DNA from: an uncultured Candidatus Binatia bacterium
GTDB lineage: Bacteria > Desulfobacterota > Binatia > Bin18
Assembly: GCA_965200965.1 (NCBI GenBank)
Contig: OZ241744.1
Span: forward strand, 864,001 to 928,000
Length of the DNA: 64,000 bases
Direction of reading: 5' to 3'
Shown: piece after piece, positions 27,647 to 38,858 of the stretch
Position numbering within the stretch: position 1 is the stretch's first letter
Layout: each line of letters opens with the position of its first letter
The notes under the pieces: generated by a model
Databases searched by the model: none
What the model was told of the DNA's origin: nothing
What the model saw: only the letters and a program-made list of their open reading frames with translations
Position numbers and translations under genes: made by a program

Positions 27647-30481
27647 ATGCCCAAACAGCGCCACCGTGAGGAGGTCGTCAACACACAGCTTGCGGTGCTG
27701 ATCTCAAAGCTCGGCGTGAGCGCTGACGCCGAGACCATCCACGTTCACGGCAAGCACCGGCCCGATGTGCTGTTCCAGCTTCGCGGTCTCCGGGCAGTCA
27801 TTGAAGGCAAGTTCGCCGATGTGCCGAACGCCGACCAGATCGTCCTGGACGACGCCCGCACACGCGTGCGGGCCGGCATTGCCCATCTGGCCGCGGCAAC
27901 GGTCTATCCCGAATGCCTGCGCACCACCCCCACCGCCCGGCTGCTTGACGCGCTGAGCAGGGCACGGCTGCACTACTGCATCATCACCGAGACACACGAA
28001 GGCGAGGACTGGTTTGAAGGCAGTCCCGCGGCCCTGATGGAGAGCTTGCGCCGCGCTCAGGAAGCGCTGACCCAAGACGACATTGTTGAGCAAACGGCCA
28101 AGGCACTCCACGGCCGGCTGCTCAGCATTGCCCAACTGTGGCTGGGACAGGCCGGTGCCTGTGACCGCCTGTCAGACATTCTGGGCATCGGCACGCCCAA
28201 AGGCGAGACGCCCGACAAGGCCGAGGGCCGGCGCGAGACCGCGGCCAAGGTCTCAGCCCTGGTGCTGGCCAACGCCTTGATTTTTCAGGAACAATTGGCC
28301 TTGAGCGACGGCCGTGTCAGCCCGCTGCGGAAGCTCGATAAGGAAGCCAGCCTCGTTGAGGCCATTGCGAGACACTGGCGCTGGATATGGGAGCATATCA
28401 ACTATGTCCCGATCTTCCAGTTGGGCGAGCGGGTGCTTGACGAGCTGCCGGCCAACCTCAGCACCACCCGCGCCGTAAGCGCTGTGCTCGGCGAGGCCAA
28501 AGCCATCTGCGAGAAACAGGCCGCCCTACGCCACGACCTGATGGGCCGCATCTACCACTGGTTGCTGCACGAAGCCAAATATGTCGGCACCTATTACACC
28601 TCAGTGCCGGCGGCGACCCTGCTGCTCAAGCTGACCCTGGCCGCGGACTGGAAGCGGGACTTTGGCGACCCCGCCGAGTTGGCCGGCTTCAAAGTGGCTG
28701 ACCTGGCCTGTGGCACAGGGACGCTGATGATGGCCGCGGCCCAGGCTTTCGCCGACGAGTATATCCGGACGCGCGCCGGCTCAGACCGGCCCCTCGGCCC
28801 GCCCGAGCTGTCGCGGCTCCACCGGACCCTGATGGAGCACACCCTGCACGGCTATGACGTGCTGCCCTCAGCCGTTCACCTGACCGCCTCCACCCTGGCC
28901 CTGCTCGCCCCGGATATCGCCTTTGCCCGGATGAATCTGTTTGTCATGCCGCTCGGGATGGACCAGGGGCAGGCCCGTCTGGGGAGTTTGGATTTCCTTG
29001 ATACCAGGGAACTGCCAACCCAGATGGCGCTTGACCAGTCGCAGCTCGAGACCGTCCGCGCCGGGGCGGCCAGCACTCAGGCTGCTGCCGCCCGCCTGCC
29101 CAAGCTGGACCTGTGCGTGATGAACCCGCCCTTTGTCCGCAGCGTGGGCGGCAACCTGCTGTTCGGCTCCCTGCCCGATGAGCGCGGCGCGCTGCAAAAA
29201 GACCTCAAGAAGCGGGTGAAGAAGCTCTCGGCAAATAGCACCGCGGGGCTGGGCAGCGTGTTTGTGGCCCTGGCCGATACCCACCTGGAGCCGGGCGGCC
29301 GGCTGGCCTTCGTGCTGCCCGCGGCCCTGGCCTCGGGCCAGGCCTGGGGGGCGACGCGGGCCTTGCTGGCCGACCGCTACCACCTGGAAACCATCGTTTC
29401 GAGCCATGACGCCGAGCGGCCCAACTTCTCGGAAAACACCGACCTGTCTGAACTCCTGTTCATTGCTCGCAAGCTCGGCCGCGGGGAGCAACCGGGCCGC
29501 ACAAGCTGCATCAGCCTGTGGCGCAACCCCCGCTCCATTCACGAGGCCATGCACCTGGCAAACGCCATTGCGCAGGCCGGCCCGCCTGTCAGTGTTGAAG
29601 GCGCTGGCATCACCAGCGTCAAGCTCGGCAATGACAAGCTGGCCGAACTGATGAGCCTGCCGGCCGCGGCGGCGGAGGGCATCTGGCCCGGCGCACTGTT
29701 TGCCCAAGTGGAATTGCTGCGCATCGCCTGGCATTTGGGCCGCGGCAAGGTACTGCTCAGCCAAGCCAAGCCGGTTCCGCTCTGTCGGCTTGGCGATCTC
29801 GGCGCGATTGGCCCAGACCGAAGGCGGATACACGATGGGTTCAAGGTGACAAAATCCGACTGGACCCCCTTCCCCGGTTTCTGGGGGCACGATGCCAAAG
29901 CAGTCACGACTATCGCTCAGACACCGAACTGCAAACTCCTGGAGTGGACGGACTCCCCGCGTGGGCCGCACTACGGCTCTCATCTCTGGCAACGGGCGGG
30001 AAGCATCCTGCTGGTAGAAAGATTATGGCCTATCACCCACTCCGTTTTGGCGGTCGGATTCGAGGAGAAAGTGTTAGGCAATACCTGGTGGGCTTTCGAG
30101 TTGTCTGAATTGAATGAGCAACGAAGAAAAAGTTTACTGCTGTGGCTGAACTCCACGCTGAGCCTTGTTTTGTATTACAGCCGACGGGCGGTAACGCGGA
30201 GCGCTTGGATGCAGATGAAGCAGCCGGCCTGGGAGTCCATGCTTGTGCTTGATGTGCGACGCCTGAGGCCGGCCCAGCTTACCGCGCTGGCCAGCGCCTA
30301 TGACACGGTGGCCTCACAAGCGCTCGCCCCGCTCGCCCAACTCGACGCCGACCCGGTCCGCATCGGCATTGACGAAGCCCTGTGTACCGCCCTTGGCCTG
30401 CCCTCCCTCGTCCCGGTCCGCGCCCTGCTGGCCCGAGAGCCGGGCCTGACCGGCCGGAAAATCCCCCCACCGGGACACTGA
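27647..30481 (+). CDS. Type IIG-like restriction-modification fusion (PD-(D/E)xK nuclease, N6-adenine MTase, TRD)
   Basis: PDV...IEGK, GTYYT, DLACGTG, NPPF, WLNS. Confidence 0.82.
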   Translation: MPKQRHREEVVNTQLAVLISKLGVSADAETIHVHGKHRPDVLFQLRGLRAVIEGKFADVPNADQIVLDDARTRVRAGIAHLAAATVYPECLRTTPTARLLDALSRARLHYCIITETHEGEDWFEGSPAALMESLRRAQEALTQDDIVEQTAKALHGRLLSIAQLWLGQAGACDRLSDILGIGTPKGETPDKAEGRRETAAKVSALVLANALIFQEQLALSDGRVSPLRKLDKEASLVEAIARHWRWIWEHINYVPIFQLGERVLDELPANLSTTRAVSAVLGEAKAICEKQAALRHDLMGRIYHWLLHEAKYVGTYYTSVPAATLLLKLTLAADWKRDFGDPAELAGFKVADLACGTGTLMMAAAQAFADEYIRTRAGSDRPLGPPELSRLHRTLMEHTLHGYDVLPSAVHLTASTLALLAPDIAFARMNLFVMPLGMDQGQARLGSLDFLDTRELPTQMALDQSQLETVRAGAASTQAAAARLPKLDLCVMNPPFVRSVGGNLLFGSLPDERGALQKDLKKRVKKLSANSTAGLGSVFVALADTHLEPGGRLAFVLPAALASGQAWGATRALLADRYHLETIVSSHDAERPNFSENTDLSELLFIARKLGRGEQPGRTSCISLWRNPRSIHEAMHLANAIAQAGPPVSVEGAGITSVKLGNDKLAELMSLPAAAAEGIWPGALFAQVELLRIAWHLGRGKVLLSQAKPVPLCRLGDLGAIGPDRRRIHDGFKVTKSDWTPFPGFWGHDAKAVTTIAQTPNCKLLEWTDSPRGPHYGSHLWQRAGSILLVERLWPITHSVLAVGFEEKVLGNTWWAFELSELNEQRRKSLLLWLNSTLSLVLYYSRRAVTRSAWMQMKQPAWESMLVLDVRRLRPAQLTALASAYDTVASQALAPLAQLDADPVRIGIDEALCTALGLPSLVPVRALLAREPGLTGRKIPPPGH

Positions 30482-30619
30482 AAAATTGAGAGAACTGACA
30501 CATGAACACCTGTGAACTTAGCTGGATCGGGGCTTCGGTGACATACATCCGTAGCCGTTCTCATATTGACTTTTCTTGTCACTCGTGTACAGGTTGTTCT
30601 CCACACGCAGGGGGGCCTT

Positions 30620-30868
30620 ATGATGAAACGGTCGTTTCAGGTTCAAGCTGTTTGGGATGCTGATGCAGCAGTCTTCTATGCAAAAAGCGATATTGAAGGT
30701 CTGCATATTGAGGCTGAGAGTGTGGAGAAGTTCAAGGCCATCCTGCTTGATGTTGCGCCAGACTTGATTCTGGCCAACCATAGGGATGTAAGCGATCTCC
30801 AAAATCGCTCCATTGCCGACCTCATCCCGACCATTCTCTGCGAACCGCCACAGATAACAAAAGTCTGA
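30620..30868 (+). CDS. DUF1902/HicB-like small protein, apparently without a toxin partner
   Basis: VQAVWDADAAVFYA.SDIEGL.IEAES...APDLI.AN. Confidence 0.75.
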   Translation: MMKRSFQVQAVWDADAAVFYAKSDIEGLHIEAESVEKFKAILLDVAPDLILANHRDVSDLQNRSIADLIPTILCEPPQITKV

Positions 30869-30988
30869 GGTGACGGAGACCTTTTATCAACCTGATTCTG
30901 CCCCGTCGTCTCAGAAGTCGCCATACGGCAAACGGTATTCTCAAAGACGCCGGCAGTCAGACGAAGGTGTGAGGGGAAAGCCGGCTGT

Positions 30989-31870
30989 CTACAAGTGCTG
31001 GGCATACCAGGCTGTGATGTGGGGCAGGGCTTGCTCAAAGCCCGGGCCGGTGAGGATGTCGCTGTGGCCGAGGCCGGGCAGAATGACGATCTTTTTGGGC
31101 TCGCCGGCTTTGGCATACATGGCCTGTGACTCTTCCATTGACACCCGTTCGTCGGCATCGCCGTGCAGCCACAAAATTGCTCGGGGCGCAATGTTGGCCA
31201 CTACCGACTCCGGCCTGTAGGCAATCAGCGGCAAGCCCGAAGACAGGCTGATCTCTCGGCTCCACTGCGGGTACTGATCCAGAATCTGAGCAAACAGGGC
31301 GGCCGTGCTCTCCGGCTCGGGCACAATCTCCTTGGCCTGTACATATTCCAGTTCACCACTCAGGACGCGCCGCGCCCGGTCGGCCTTGAGACGCTGGAGC
31401 AGCACCCGCCACTCCCAGAAGTGGCAGGCATCCCGAATCCAGCGTCCGCAGTCACCAATACCGCACACGCTGACCGTGGCTCTGACCCGGTCTTCAACCC
31501 CGGCCGCATAGCTCACGTTAGCCCCGCCCAGACTCACCCCAAACAAACCCAGCCGGTCAGAGTTGACCTCAGGCTGGTTTTGCAGAAACGTCACCGCGTT
31601 GCGGATATCCTCTATCTGTTGCAGGGGAATGATCTGACGCCGGGGCTCGCCACCGCTCGCTCCCAGAAAGCGATAGTCAAAGGTCAACACCACATAGCCG
31701 AGGCCGACCAAGTGCCGGGCAATCTCGGGCAGTATGAGCTCTTTGACCGCGGTAAAGCCGTGGCACATGACAATACCGGGCCGGGTCTCGCCCGGGCTCA
31801 GGTCATCGGGCACAAACATGAGGCCGGCCACAGGGATGTTTTCACTGTAGAACTGTACGGTCTTCTCCAT
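30989..31870 (-). CDS. Alpha/beta hydrolase
   Basis: CHGF, FDYR..G.S.G, GVSLG nucleophile, HG..D, H. Confidence 0.9.
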   Translation of the reverse strand: MEKTVQFYSENIPVAGLMFVPDDLSPGETRPGIVMCHGFTAVKELILPEIARHLVGLGYVVLTFDYRFLGASGGEPRRQIIPLQQIEDIRNAVTFLQNQPEVNSDRLGLFGVSLGGANVSYAAGVEDRVRATVSVCGIGDCGRWIRDACHFWEWRVLLQRLKADRARRVLSGELEYVQAKEIVPEPESTAALFAQILDQYPQWSREISLSSGLPLIAYRPESVVANIAPRAILWLHGDADERVSMEESQAMYAKAGEPKKIVILPGLGHSDILTGPGFEQALPHITAWYAQHL

Positions 31871-32445
31871 CAGATACCCCCTTCTTCATCCGACTGGCCG
31901 CCCTGGCCGGCCGCTTCGCTCAGGCTCCACTCTTCGTCCTCATTGCGGATACGGGTTGACGGCGGGGCGAGTTGGTAGACCGCTTCGCTGAGGTTCATGA
32001 CATGGCGCGTGTTGGTGCCCAGGTCGCCCCTGCCGACCCGGGACGAGGACCGGATGTAGAGTGCGCTGCCGCTGGGCCGGGTCGCATGGGCACGGATCAC
32101 AACATCGTCCTGAAACCCGAATAGATCAGTGGTGACAACCGCGCTGACCGTATGCGCCTCGGGGTCGGTCTCTGTCACCTCCCAGCCCAGGGCTTTGGCC
32201 GCCCGCCGGGCAATATCGATCAGCAGGGCCGGCGGAGCCTGATAGCGCTTCAGGCGCAGTTCGGGAAACGCCGAGTCTTTGGTGGTCTCGGCCACATTGG
32301 TGCTCAGGTAGGTGACAACACGGGTCAGCAGGCCCGGCGGGTCGGTCATTGGCAGCCTATTGCTGATAATAGCCGCCGCGGCTACGCCGGCCCCGATAAA
32401 GGCGACAAAGAAAATGAGCTGCAACGCGCCTTTTAGGAATCCCAT
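31870..32445 (-). CDS. DUF1499 family protein
   Basis: N-terminal TM, LFGFQDDV, RSSSRVGRGDLGTN. Confidence 0.85.
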   Translation of the reverse strand: MGFLKGALQLIFFVAFIGAGVAAAAIISNRLPMTDPPGLLTRVVTYLSTNVAETTKDSAFPELRLKRYQAPPALLIDIARRAAKALGWEVTETDPEAHTVSAVVTTDLFGFQDDVVIRAHATRPSGSALYIRSSSRVGRGDLGTNTRHVMNLSEAVYQLAPPSTRIRNEDEEWSLSEAAGQGGQSDEEGGI

Positions 32446-32480
32446 AGGCTGTCTTCCTCTGCGCCGTCGGCCTCGGCGGC

Positions 32481-34535
32481 TCAGGCAAGCAGCAGCGCTT
32501 TCAGAGCCCCCCAGTCTGTGACCGGTGGCGAACAGGTAAAATTGTGACACACATAGACGGTCAGTTTGCCGTCAATCTGGACCTTGCCGGCCAGGGCCGA
32601 GGGGCCCTGGCCGTCGGCCACAGTTTGCGGATCAAGACACACGACGGTCTTGTTGGGCAGGTACAGGCTGTTGATGTGGGCCACGAGTTGGCGGGTCTCA
32701 GGTGCCCGGGCGTCTCCGACCAGCACAATCTCTTTGGGCCGGCTGAGGTAGAAATCGAGTGCGCCGAGCATATGGCTGAAGCCAAACGGGTTCTGCTCCA
32801 TCGCATCGTAAAAGAGGCGCAGAATCTGCTCGGCTTTGTGCAGATAGTCGGATCGCCCGGTCAGCCAAAAGAGCCGCAGCAGGGCAAAGGCGGCCAGGGA
32901 GTTCCCGGACGGGATTGAGCCGTCAAAGGCCGACTTGGAGCGGCTGATTAAGCGCTCATGATCGTCGCTGGTAAAGAAAAAGCCGCCCTGCCGAGCGTCC
33001 CAGAAACGGTCGAGCAACACCTGGCTCACCGCCACCGCGTGGTCGAGATAGGGCCGCTCTGAGCTCGCCTCGTACAGGTCGAGCAGGGCGGTGGCAAACG
33101 CAGCGTAATCGTCCAGATAGGCGTTGAATCTGGCCTGTCCGTCTTTATAGCTGCGCAGCAGCCGGCCATTCCTGAACAGCCTGGTCAGGATGAACCCGGC
33201 GTTGCGGCGGGCAATAGCGAGGTAGTGCGGCTCGCCCAGCACCCGGTAAGCCTCGGCAAAGCCCGACAGCATCAGGCCGTTCCAGCAGGTCAGAATTTTC
33301 TCGTCCCGGCCGGGTTTGACCCGGCCCTCACGGGCAGCAAACAGGCGCTGTCTGGCCGTTTGCAGCAGCCGGTCAATCTCGCCCCGGTCGCGGCCAAAAA
33401 GCCGGGCCAATTCGTCCAGCTCCAGACACGGATGCAGGATGTTATGGCCCTCAAAATTGCCCGCGTCGGTCACGTCGTAGTAGCGACACACGATCTGGCC
33501 GAGCTCTTCACCGAGCAGGCCCATGACCTGATCCCGGTCCCAGACAAAAAACCTGCCCTCAGCGCCCTCAGAGTCGGCATCCTGGCTTGAGTAGAAGCCG
33601 CCCTCGGGGCTCAGCATCTCGCGTTCGACATAGGCCAGAATCTCCTCAACAAGGCCGCGGAAAAATGGCTCCCGGGTGGCCTGATAAGCCTCAAGATACA
33701 GCCGGGTGAGCAGGGCGTTATCGTACAGCATCTTTTCAAAGTGGGGCACCAGCCAGCGCTCATCAACCGAATAGCGGTGAAAGCCGCCGCCCAGATGGTC
33801 GTACACCCCGCCCTCGGCCATCTTGCGCAGGGTATGGGTCGCAAGTTGCAGGTAATGGGCGTTGTGCGCGCTCTGGCGGAGAAACAGGCTGAAGACCGCG
33901 GTGTTGGGAAACTTGGGAGCCCGGCCCAGGCCGCCGTGGGTGTGATCAACGTGTTCGGCCAGACTGGCCGCCGCGTTCTGGACGGTCTCGATCCGCAGCG
34001 GCCGGCTCGTCGTCTGGCGCTGCGACAGTTCACGCAGCTTGTCGAGAATCTGCCGGCTGGATTTCGTCACCTCCCCAGGCTTATCGTGATAGGCCCGCGC
34101 CACGCCCTGCAACACACGCGGAAAGGCCGGCAGATTGTGCCGATCAACCGGCGGGAAGTACGTCCCGCCATAAAACGGCTCACCGTCCGGGGTCAGGAAC
34201 ATGGTCATCGGCCAACCACCCCGTCCGGTCAGCATCTGGACCGCGTTCATATAGATTTCGTCAACGTCGGGCCGCTCCTCGCGGTCAACTTTGATGTTCA
34301 CGAACAAGTCGTTCATCATCGCCGCAATGCGCTCGTCTTCAAACGACTCGTGCTCCATGACGTGGCACCAGTGGCAGGCCGAGTAGCCGACGCTCAACAG
34401 AATCGGCTTATTTTCAGCCCTGGCCTTGGCAAACGCCTCTTCGCCCCACGGATACCAATCAACCGGGTTATGGGCGTGTTGCAACAGATATGGGCTTGTC
34501 TCCTGCCCTAAGCGGTTGGTGAATGGGTGCGTCAT
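32481..34535 (-). CDS. YyaL/Ssp411 thioredoxin-domain protein (DUF255)
   Basis: [40 protein letters not shown]. Confidence 0.95.
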   Translation of the reverse strand: MTHPFTNRLGQETSPYLLQHAHNPVDWYPWGEEAFAKARAENKPILLSVGYSACHWCHVMEHESFEDERIAAMMNDLFVNIKVDREERPDVDEIYMNAVQMLTGRGGWPMTMFLTPDGEPFYGGTYFPPVDRHNLPAFPRVLQGVARAYHDKPGEVTKSSRQILDKLRELSQRQTTSRPLRIETVQNAAASLAEHVDHTHGGLGRAPKFPNTAVFSLFLRQSAHNAHYLQLATHTLRKMAEGGVYDHLGGGFHRYSVDERWLVPHFEKMLYDNALLTRLYLEAYQATREPFFRGLVEEILAYVEREMLSPEGGFYSSQDADSEGAEGRFFVWDRDQVMGLLGEELGQIVCRYYDVTDAGNFEGHNILHPCLELDELARLFGRDRGEIDRLLQTARQRLFAAREGRVKPGRDEKILTCWNGLMLSGFAEAYRVLGEPHYLAIARRNAGFILTRLFRNGRLLRSYKDGQARFNAYLDDYAAFATALLDLYEASSERPYLDHAVAVSQVLLDRFWDARQGGFFFTSDDHERLISRSKSAFDGSIPSGNSLAAFALLRLFWLTGRSDYLHKAEQILRLFYDAMEQNPFGFSHMLGALDFYLSRPKEIVLVGDARAPETRQLVAHINSLYLPNKTVVCLDPQTVADGQGPSALAGKVQIDGKLTVYVCHNFTCSPPVTDWGALKALLLA

Positions 34536-34554
34536 GGCTGGCGTCCTTCGTCCC

Positions 34555-35865
34555 CTACAGGAAATAGATCCGCCGCGCCTCTTTGCGCAGCTCCGGCCTG
34601 AAGTCCGGGTGGCAGATCTCGACGAGGGCGGCCGCCCGCTGTTTGAGGGTTTTGCCGCGCAACTCAGCAATGCCGTACTCGGTGACAACGTAATCAACAA
34701 AAGCACGCTGGGCAGTGACCACGCTGCCCGGCTCCAGCATCGGCACAATGCGCGAAATCCGACGGCCATTCACCACCGAAGACGCGGGGGTGACAATCAC
34801 TGACTTGCCGGGATTGCTGAAAGCCGCGGTGATGGTGAAGGTCGTCTGGCCGCCGGTCCCGGTGTACATGAACGGCCCAAACGACTCGGAACAGGCCTGA
34901 CCGCCGAGGTCAACCGCCAGCGCATTGTTGACCGCGACATAGTTCTTCTGGTTGACCAGCAGCCGCAGATCGTCGGTATAGGTGAAATCGTAGAACTCAA
35001 AATTGGGGTTGTGGTCGATCAGTGGCAGTTCATCGGGAAATAAGCCGATGCCGGCGCTGGCCACCACTTTTCCGGGATTGACGGTTTTGTATTTGCCGGT
35101 CACTACCCCGTCTTTGACCAGCCGGGCAATGCCGCCGGGGATGACCTCGGTATGAATGCCCAGGTCGTTTTTGTCGCCCAGATACATGGCGACCGGCGAA
35201 GACACGCTGCCCAGACCGATTTGCAGGGTATCGCCGTCATGGACCAGGTTGTTGGCCACCAGGGTACAGATCACTTCGGTAGCGGCGACTTCCTCCTCGC
35301 TGCGCGGAGTCGGCGGCAGTTGGGCCGGCGACTGCTCAGGCTCAACACAATAGTCAATCTCAGACATATGAATGTAGTTTTCGCCACCGGTACGGATGAA
35401 GTCCTCATGCACCTCGGCAACCACCGTCCGAGCGGCCCGGGCCAGAGTTTTGGACATGAACAAGCCGTGTCCAAAGCTGCAATAGCCGTGCCTGTCTGGA
35501 GCGGAGACCGGGGTCATATACACATCGCACTTCAGGCCCGGCGGCAGCTCGCCGCGGCGGAAGTACATGACCGGGATAAAGTCCAGCCGGCCGTCCTGCA
35601 TCAGCGGGCGCGTGCTCGTGCCCAGATAGGTAGCTTCAATGGTAAACGCCCGCTCAACCCCGGGCTGGTCCCAGTTGAACAGCGGCCCGATCGTGCCGAC
35701 CCGGACATCGCGCAGCTCTTCTTTGCGATCCAGCAGGGCTTGGCTGAGGGTCAGCGGCGTAGCGTGCAACCAGTTGAGTTGCACCGCATCGCCGTTATGC
35801 ACCGCGTTTTTGACCGCCCGTTGGGGGGAGACAAGTTTATCGCTACAGTGTTCGCGCCAGTCCAT
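34555..35865 (-). CDS. Acetyl-CoA hydrolase / 4-hydroxybutyrate CoA-transferase family
   Basis: [30 protein letters not shown]. Confidence 0.9.
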   Translation of the reverse strand: MDWREHCSDKLVSPQRAVKNAVHNGDAVQLNWLHATPLTLSQALLDRKEELRDVRVGTIGPLFNWDQPGVERAFTIEATYLGTSTRPLMQDGRLDFIPVMYFRRGELPPGLKCDVYMTPVSAPDRHGYCSFGHGLFMSKTLARAARTVVAEVHEDFIRTGGENYIHMSEIDYCVEPEQSPAQLPPTPRSEEEVAATEVICTLVANNLVHDGDTLQIGLGSVSSPVAMYLGDKNDLGIHTEVIPGGIARLVKDGVVTGKYKTVNPGKVVASAGIGLFPDELPLIDHNPNFEFYDFTYTDDLRLLVNQKNYVAVNNALAVDLGGQACSESFGPFMYTGTGGQTTFTITAAFSNPGKSVIVTPASSVVNGRRISRIVPMLEPGSVVTAQRAFVDYVVTEYGIAELRGKTLKQRAAALVEICHPDFRPELRKEARRIYFL

Positions 35866-35998
35866 AGGTCGCCTCCTTGTGCATGATTCCAGGACACTGG
35901 CCGGAGCATAAACCACCGGACGGCAGAAAGCAAAGCCGTTTGAGCCGGGCGCGGCGGTGTGCTAGAGGGGGAGCGGACCTGACTGACAAGGAGGAGAC

Positions 35999-36235
35999 AT
36001 GAACATTCGGATTGAATACTGCGCGGCGTGAGGCTATGAGCCCCAAGCCGTCAGTCTGACGGAACAGGTGTTGAACGACTACAAGCAGCGCATCAGCGGC
36101 CTGACCCTCGTCCCGTTTGACGACGGGCGCTTTGAGGTCATGGTCAATGGTACCACGATCTACTCAAAGCTGGAGACGCACCAGTTTCCAGACTATGCCG
36201 AGGTGAGAGCTGCCTTAGAGAAACGGGCGGCCTGA
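35999..36235 (+). CDS. SelW/SelT/SelH (Rdx) family selenoprotein, CxxU; in-frame TGA at 36029-36031
   Basis: SD AAGGAGG; MNIRIEYCAA[U]GYEPQAVSL...GRFEVMVNG..IYSKLETHQFP; SECIS-like hairpin at 36048-36062. Confidence 0.9.
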
Positions 36236-36292
36236 AAAAACGCCACGCCCCCCGCCACACACGGCCCGCCCCTGTGGTTGACGGGTGTGGGG

Positions 36293-36970
36293 TCACACCA
36301 TCTCGGCGTGGCCCCACACAATGTTCAGACAGGTCGCGCCGTTTCGCGTTGTGACGGTGTGGGTGCAACCCCTGGGGCGATAACTCATATTGCCGGTCGC
36401 CACCTCTCCGGCCTCATCCGCGTTCGCGCCCTCAATCACAAAAATCAACTCGTCGCCAATGTGGCGGTGGAGCGGTAGCTTGGCCCCCGGTTCAAAGCGG
36501 GCCAACACAGCGCGGCGTTCGGCGGCTTCATCCTGCCAGATGCTTTTCAGCCAAATGCCGGGCCGCGTTTCGACCCATTCCAGCTCGCTGAGGGTAAAGA
36601 CCTCGGACGGCGGGGCGTCGCCGCGTCCGGTCGTCATTTCAATTCCGCCCGTAATCACGGCAATAACGGTGGCCCCCTTGGGACTCGACACGGTGTGGAC
36701 ACAGCCGTGTGGCCGGTAGCCGAGGTTGCCGGCCGTGACCGTGCCAAACTCGTCGCCCAGCGTCCCTTCAAGGACAAAGATGAGTTCGTCGCCATCATGG
36801 CGGTGCATGGGCAGAGCGGCCCCGGGCTCAATCCGGGTCATGATCGCCCGCCGCTGACTCGCCTCATCACTCCACAGATGCTTGGCTCGAATCCCCGGCT
36901 GCAAGTCCTGCCATTCGATATCGCCAACCTGAATCACGCGCGACAGCGGACTGTCTTGGGCACTTGCCAT
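36293..36970 (-). CDS. Tandem ChrR-like cupin protein
   Basis: Two repeats of EPGA.LP.HRH.GDELIFV.EG...YRP.GC.HTV. Confidence 0.85.
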   Translation of the reverse strand: MASAQDSPLSRVIQVGDIEWQDLQPGIRAKHLWSDEASQRRAIMTRIEPGAALPMHRHDGDELIFVLEGTLGDEFGTVTAGNLGYRPHGCVHTVSSPKGATVIAVITGGIEMTTGRGDAPPSEVFTLSELEWVETRPGIWLKSIWQDEAAERRAVLARFEPGAKLPLHRHIGDELIFVIEGANADEAGEVATGNMSYRPRGCTHTVTTRNGATCLNIVWGHAEMV

Positions 36971-37150
36971 AGTGTCCTCCCTCTCAAAGTCATGGGCATA
37001 TCGCCCATCGTCTCTGACATCTGTCTCTGCCGGACCTAAGCATAGGACGCCCCCCAAAGGCAAGAGGTACCGGCCTTGCCTTCCTGGCCGGGTACGTCCA
37101 AAGTGTGTGTGGCGGCGCGCCGATCTGCCCACCGCCGGAGGTGTAGTACT

Positions 37151-37567
37151 ATGAAATATCCCCTGCTCTGTGTCGTCCTGGCCGGCTTGGGATTCCAGAC
37201 AGTCCCGACCTGCATCCACGCCTTTGATATCACGCCCGGCAAATGGCAGTTTGAGTACGAGGGCCGGGCCTCATTTCAGCCCCAGCCGCAAAGGCGCACC
37301 GATATTCAGTGTGTCACAGACTCGAACTGGGACCCCACCGCCTCAATCGCCAAGAGCGACCACTGTCAGCTCCAGGATATCAGGCAGGACAAGACCTCAT
37401 TCAGCGGGACCGTGACCTGTGGTCGCGGCGCGGGAAACCCGCCCATGACCGGCAGTATGAGCTATACCTCGACCGGCACAAGCCTGACCGGGCGCACGGC
37501 CTTCACCGGACAGGACTACGACATGGAAATGCGAACCAGCGGAACACGGCTCGGCGAGTGCGACTAG
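37151..37567 (+). CDS. Secreted DUF3617-like protein
   Basis: Signal peptide, PGKW, four Cys, C-terminal G.RLGEC. Confidence 0.75.
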   Translation: MKYPLLCVVLAGLGFQTVPTCIHAFDITPGKWQFEYEGRASFQPQPQRRTDIQCVTDSNWDPTASIAKSDHCQLQDIRQDKTSFSGTVTCGRGAGNPPMTGSMSYTSTGTSLTGRTAFTGQDYDMEMRTSGTRLGECD

Positions 37568-37832
37568 CGCAGGCCGGCCCTCCTCTTGACCACCATAAGC
37601 GTGGAGTGCTACGCGAACGAGAGGGGAAACAGCATAGATATCGGTCTGCATGCAAGCACCCACGGTCCCGGCTATCGGGAGAGCGTGGGTGTTTTCGACT
37701 GCCCGTCGGGCCAACGCCAGGAACTCGAAGACCAGAGGCGGCAGTTCAGCGAACAGGTCCTGCCCCACGCGGCCGGCAGACGCGCCGAGGGCGGCTGGAA
37801 AACCGGCCTGTAGCCAGACACAAGGACAGCGC

Positions 37833-38855
37833 ATGAAGCGCCTTGGGTTTTTTGACCATTTGGAGCGCCGGCATGAGCCGCTGAGCCGGTTCTACGCCGG
37901 CCGGCTGGAACTGCTGACAATGGCCGATGAGGCCGGCCTCTACGCCTACCACCCGGCCGAGCACCACGCCACCCCGCTCGGCATGGCCCCCTCGCCCAAT
38001 GTGTTTCTGGCCGCCGCGGCCCAGCGCACGCAACGGATTCGCCTAGGCCCCCTGCTCTACCTGCTGCCGCTCTACCACCCGCTGCGTCTCATTGAAGAAC
38101 TGTGCATGCTTGACCACCTGAGCAACGGCCGGCTTGAAATCGGTGTTGGCCGGGGTGTCTCGCCCTACGAGTTGGCCTACTTTGAGGTTCCCTTTCTCCG
38201 CTCGCAGGCCATGTTCAAAGAAGCGCTCGACGTGGTGGTGGCCGGTCTGCGCGGGGAACGCCTGTCGCACAGCGGCACCTACTACGACTGCCTTGATGTG
38301 CCCCTCGAACTCCACCCCCAACAGACCCCCAACCCGCCCTTCTGGCACGGGGTGACCAGCCCCCGCAGCCTCCGGTTTGCCGCGGAGCGCGGCATGCACA
38401 TGGTCGGCGGCGGGCCGAACCCGGGCCTCAAAGAGACAGTCGCCCACTATCGCGAGCTGTGGAGCCAGCACCGCAATGACCCGGCCAATCTGAATCCGCA
38501 TATTGACACGCCCATCATTGGTGCCCTGCGCCACATCTATGTGGCCGACACCGACGAGGAGGCTGAGGCGGTCGCCGGCCCCGCGTATCAGCAGTTCTAC
38601 GAGAACATCATGAAGCTGTGGAAAGACTTTGGCACGGTCCATGTCTTCTTTACCCCTGAACTGGCGGTTGCCCGCCAACTCGATGTGGCGATTGTCGGCT
38701 CCCCGCCTTCGGTCCAGGACCAGTTGGCCAGACTGTTTGAAGAGACGGGCTGTAACTACCCGACCCTGGCCTTTGCCTGGGGCAACCTGAGCCAGCGGCA
38801 GTCCCAGCGTTCGCTGGAGTTGTTCGCCACCAAGGTTATGCCGGCCTTTGAGTAA
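37833..38855 (+). CDS. LLM class flavin-dependent oxidoreductase
   Basis: AEHH, HPLRLIEE..MLD.LS.GRLE.GVGRG, LFATKVMP. Confidence 0.92.
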   Translation: MKRLGFFDHLERRHEPLSRFYAGRLELLTMADEAGLYAYHPAEHHATPLGMAPSPNVFLAAAAQRTQRIRLGPLLYLLPLYHPLRLIEELCMLDHLSNGRLEIGVGRGVSPYELAYFEVPFLRSQAMFKEALDVVVAGLRGERLSHSGTYYDCLDVPLELHPQQTPNPPFWHGVTSPRSLRFAAERGMHMVGGGPNPGLKETVAHYRELWSQHRNDPANLNPHIDTPIIGALRHIYVADTDEEAEAVAGPAYQQFYENIMKLWKDFGTVHVFFTPELAVARQLDVAIVGSPPSVQDQLARLFEETGCNYPTLAFAWGNLSQRQSQRSLELFATKVMPAFE

Positions 38856-38858
38856 GCT

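Noticed and set aside
37586-37813. 75-aa ORF, possibly an LLM C-terminal remnant
   Set aside because: TTG start with no SD and only a faint resemblance; not supportable.
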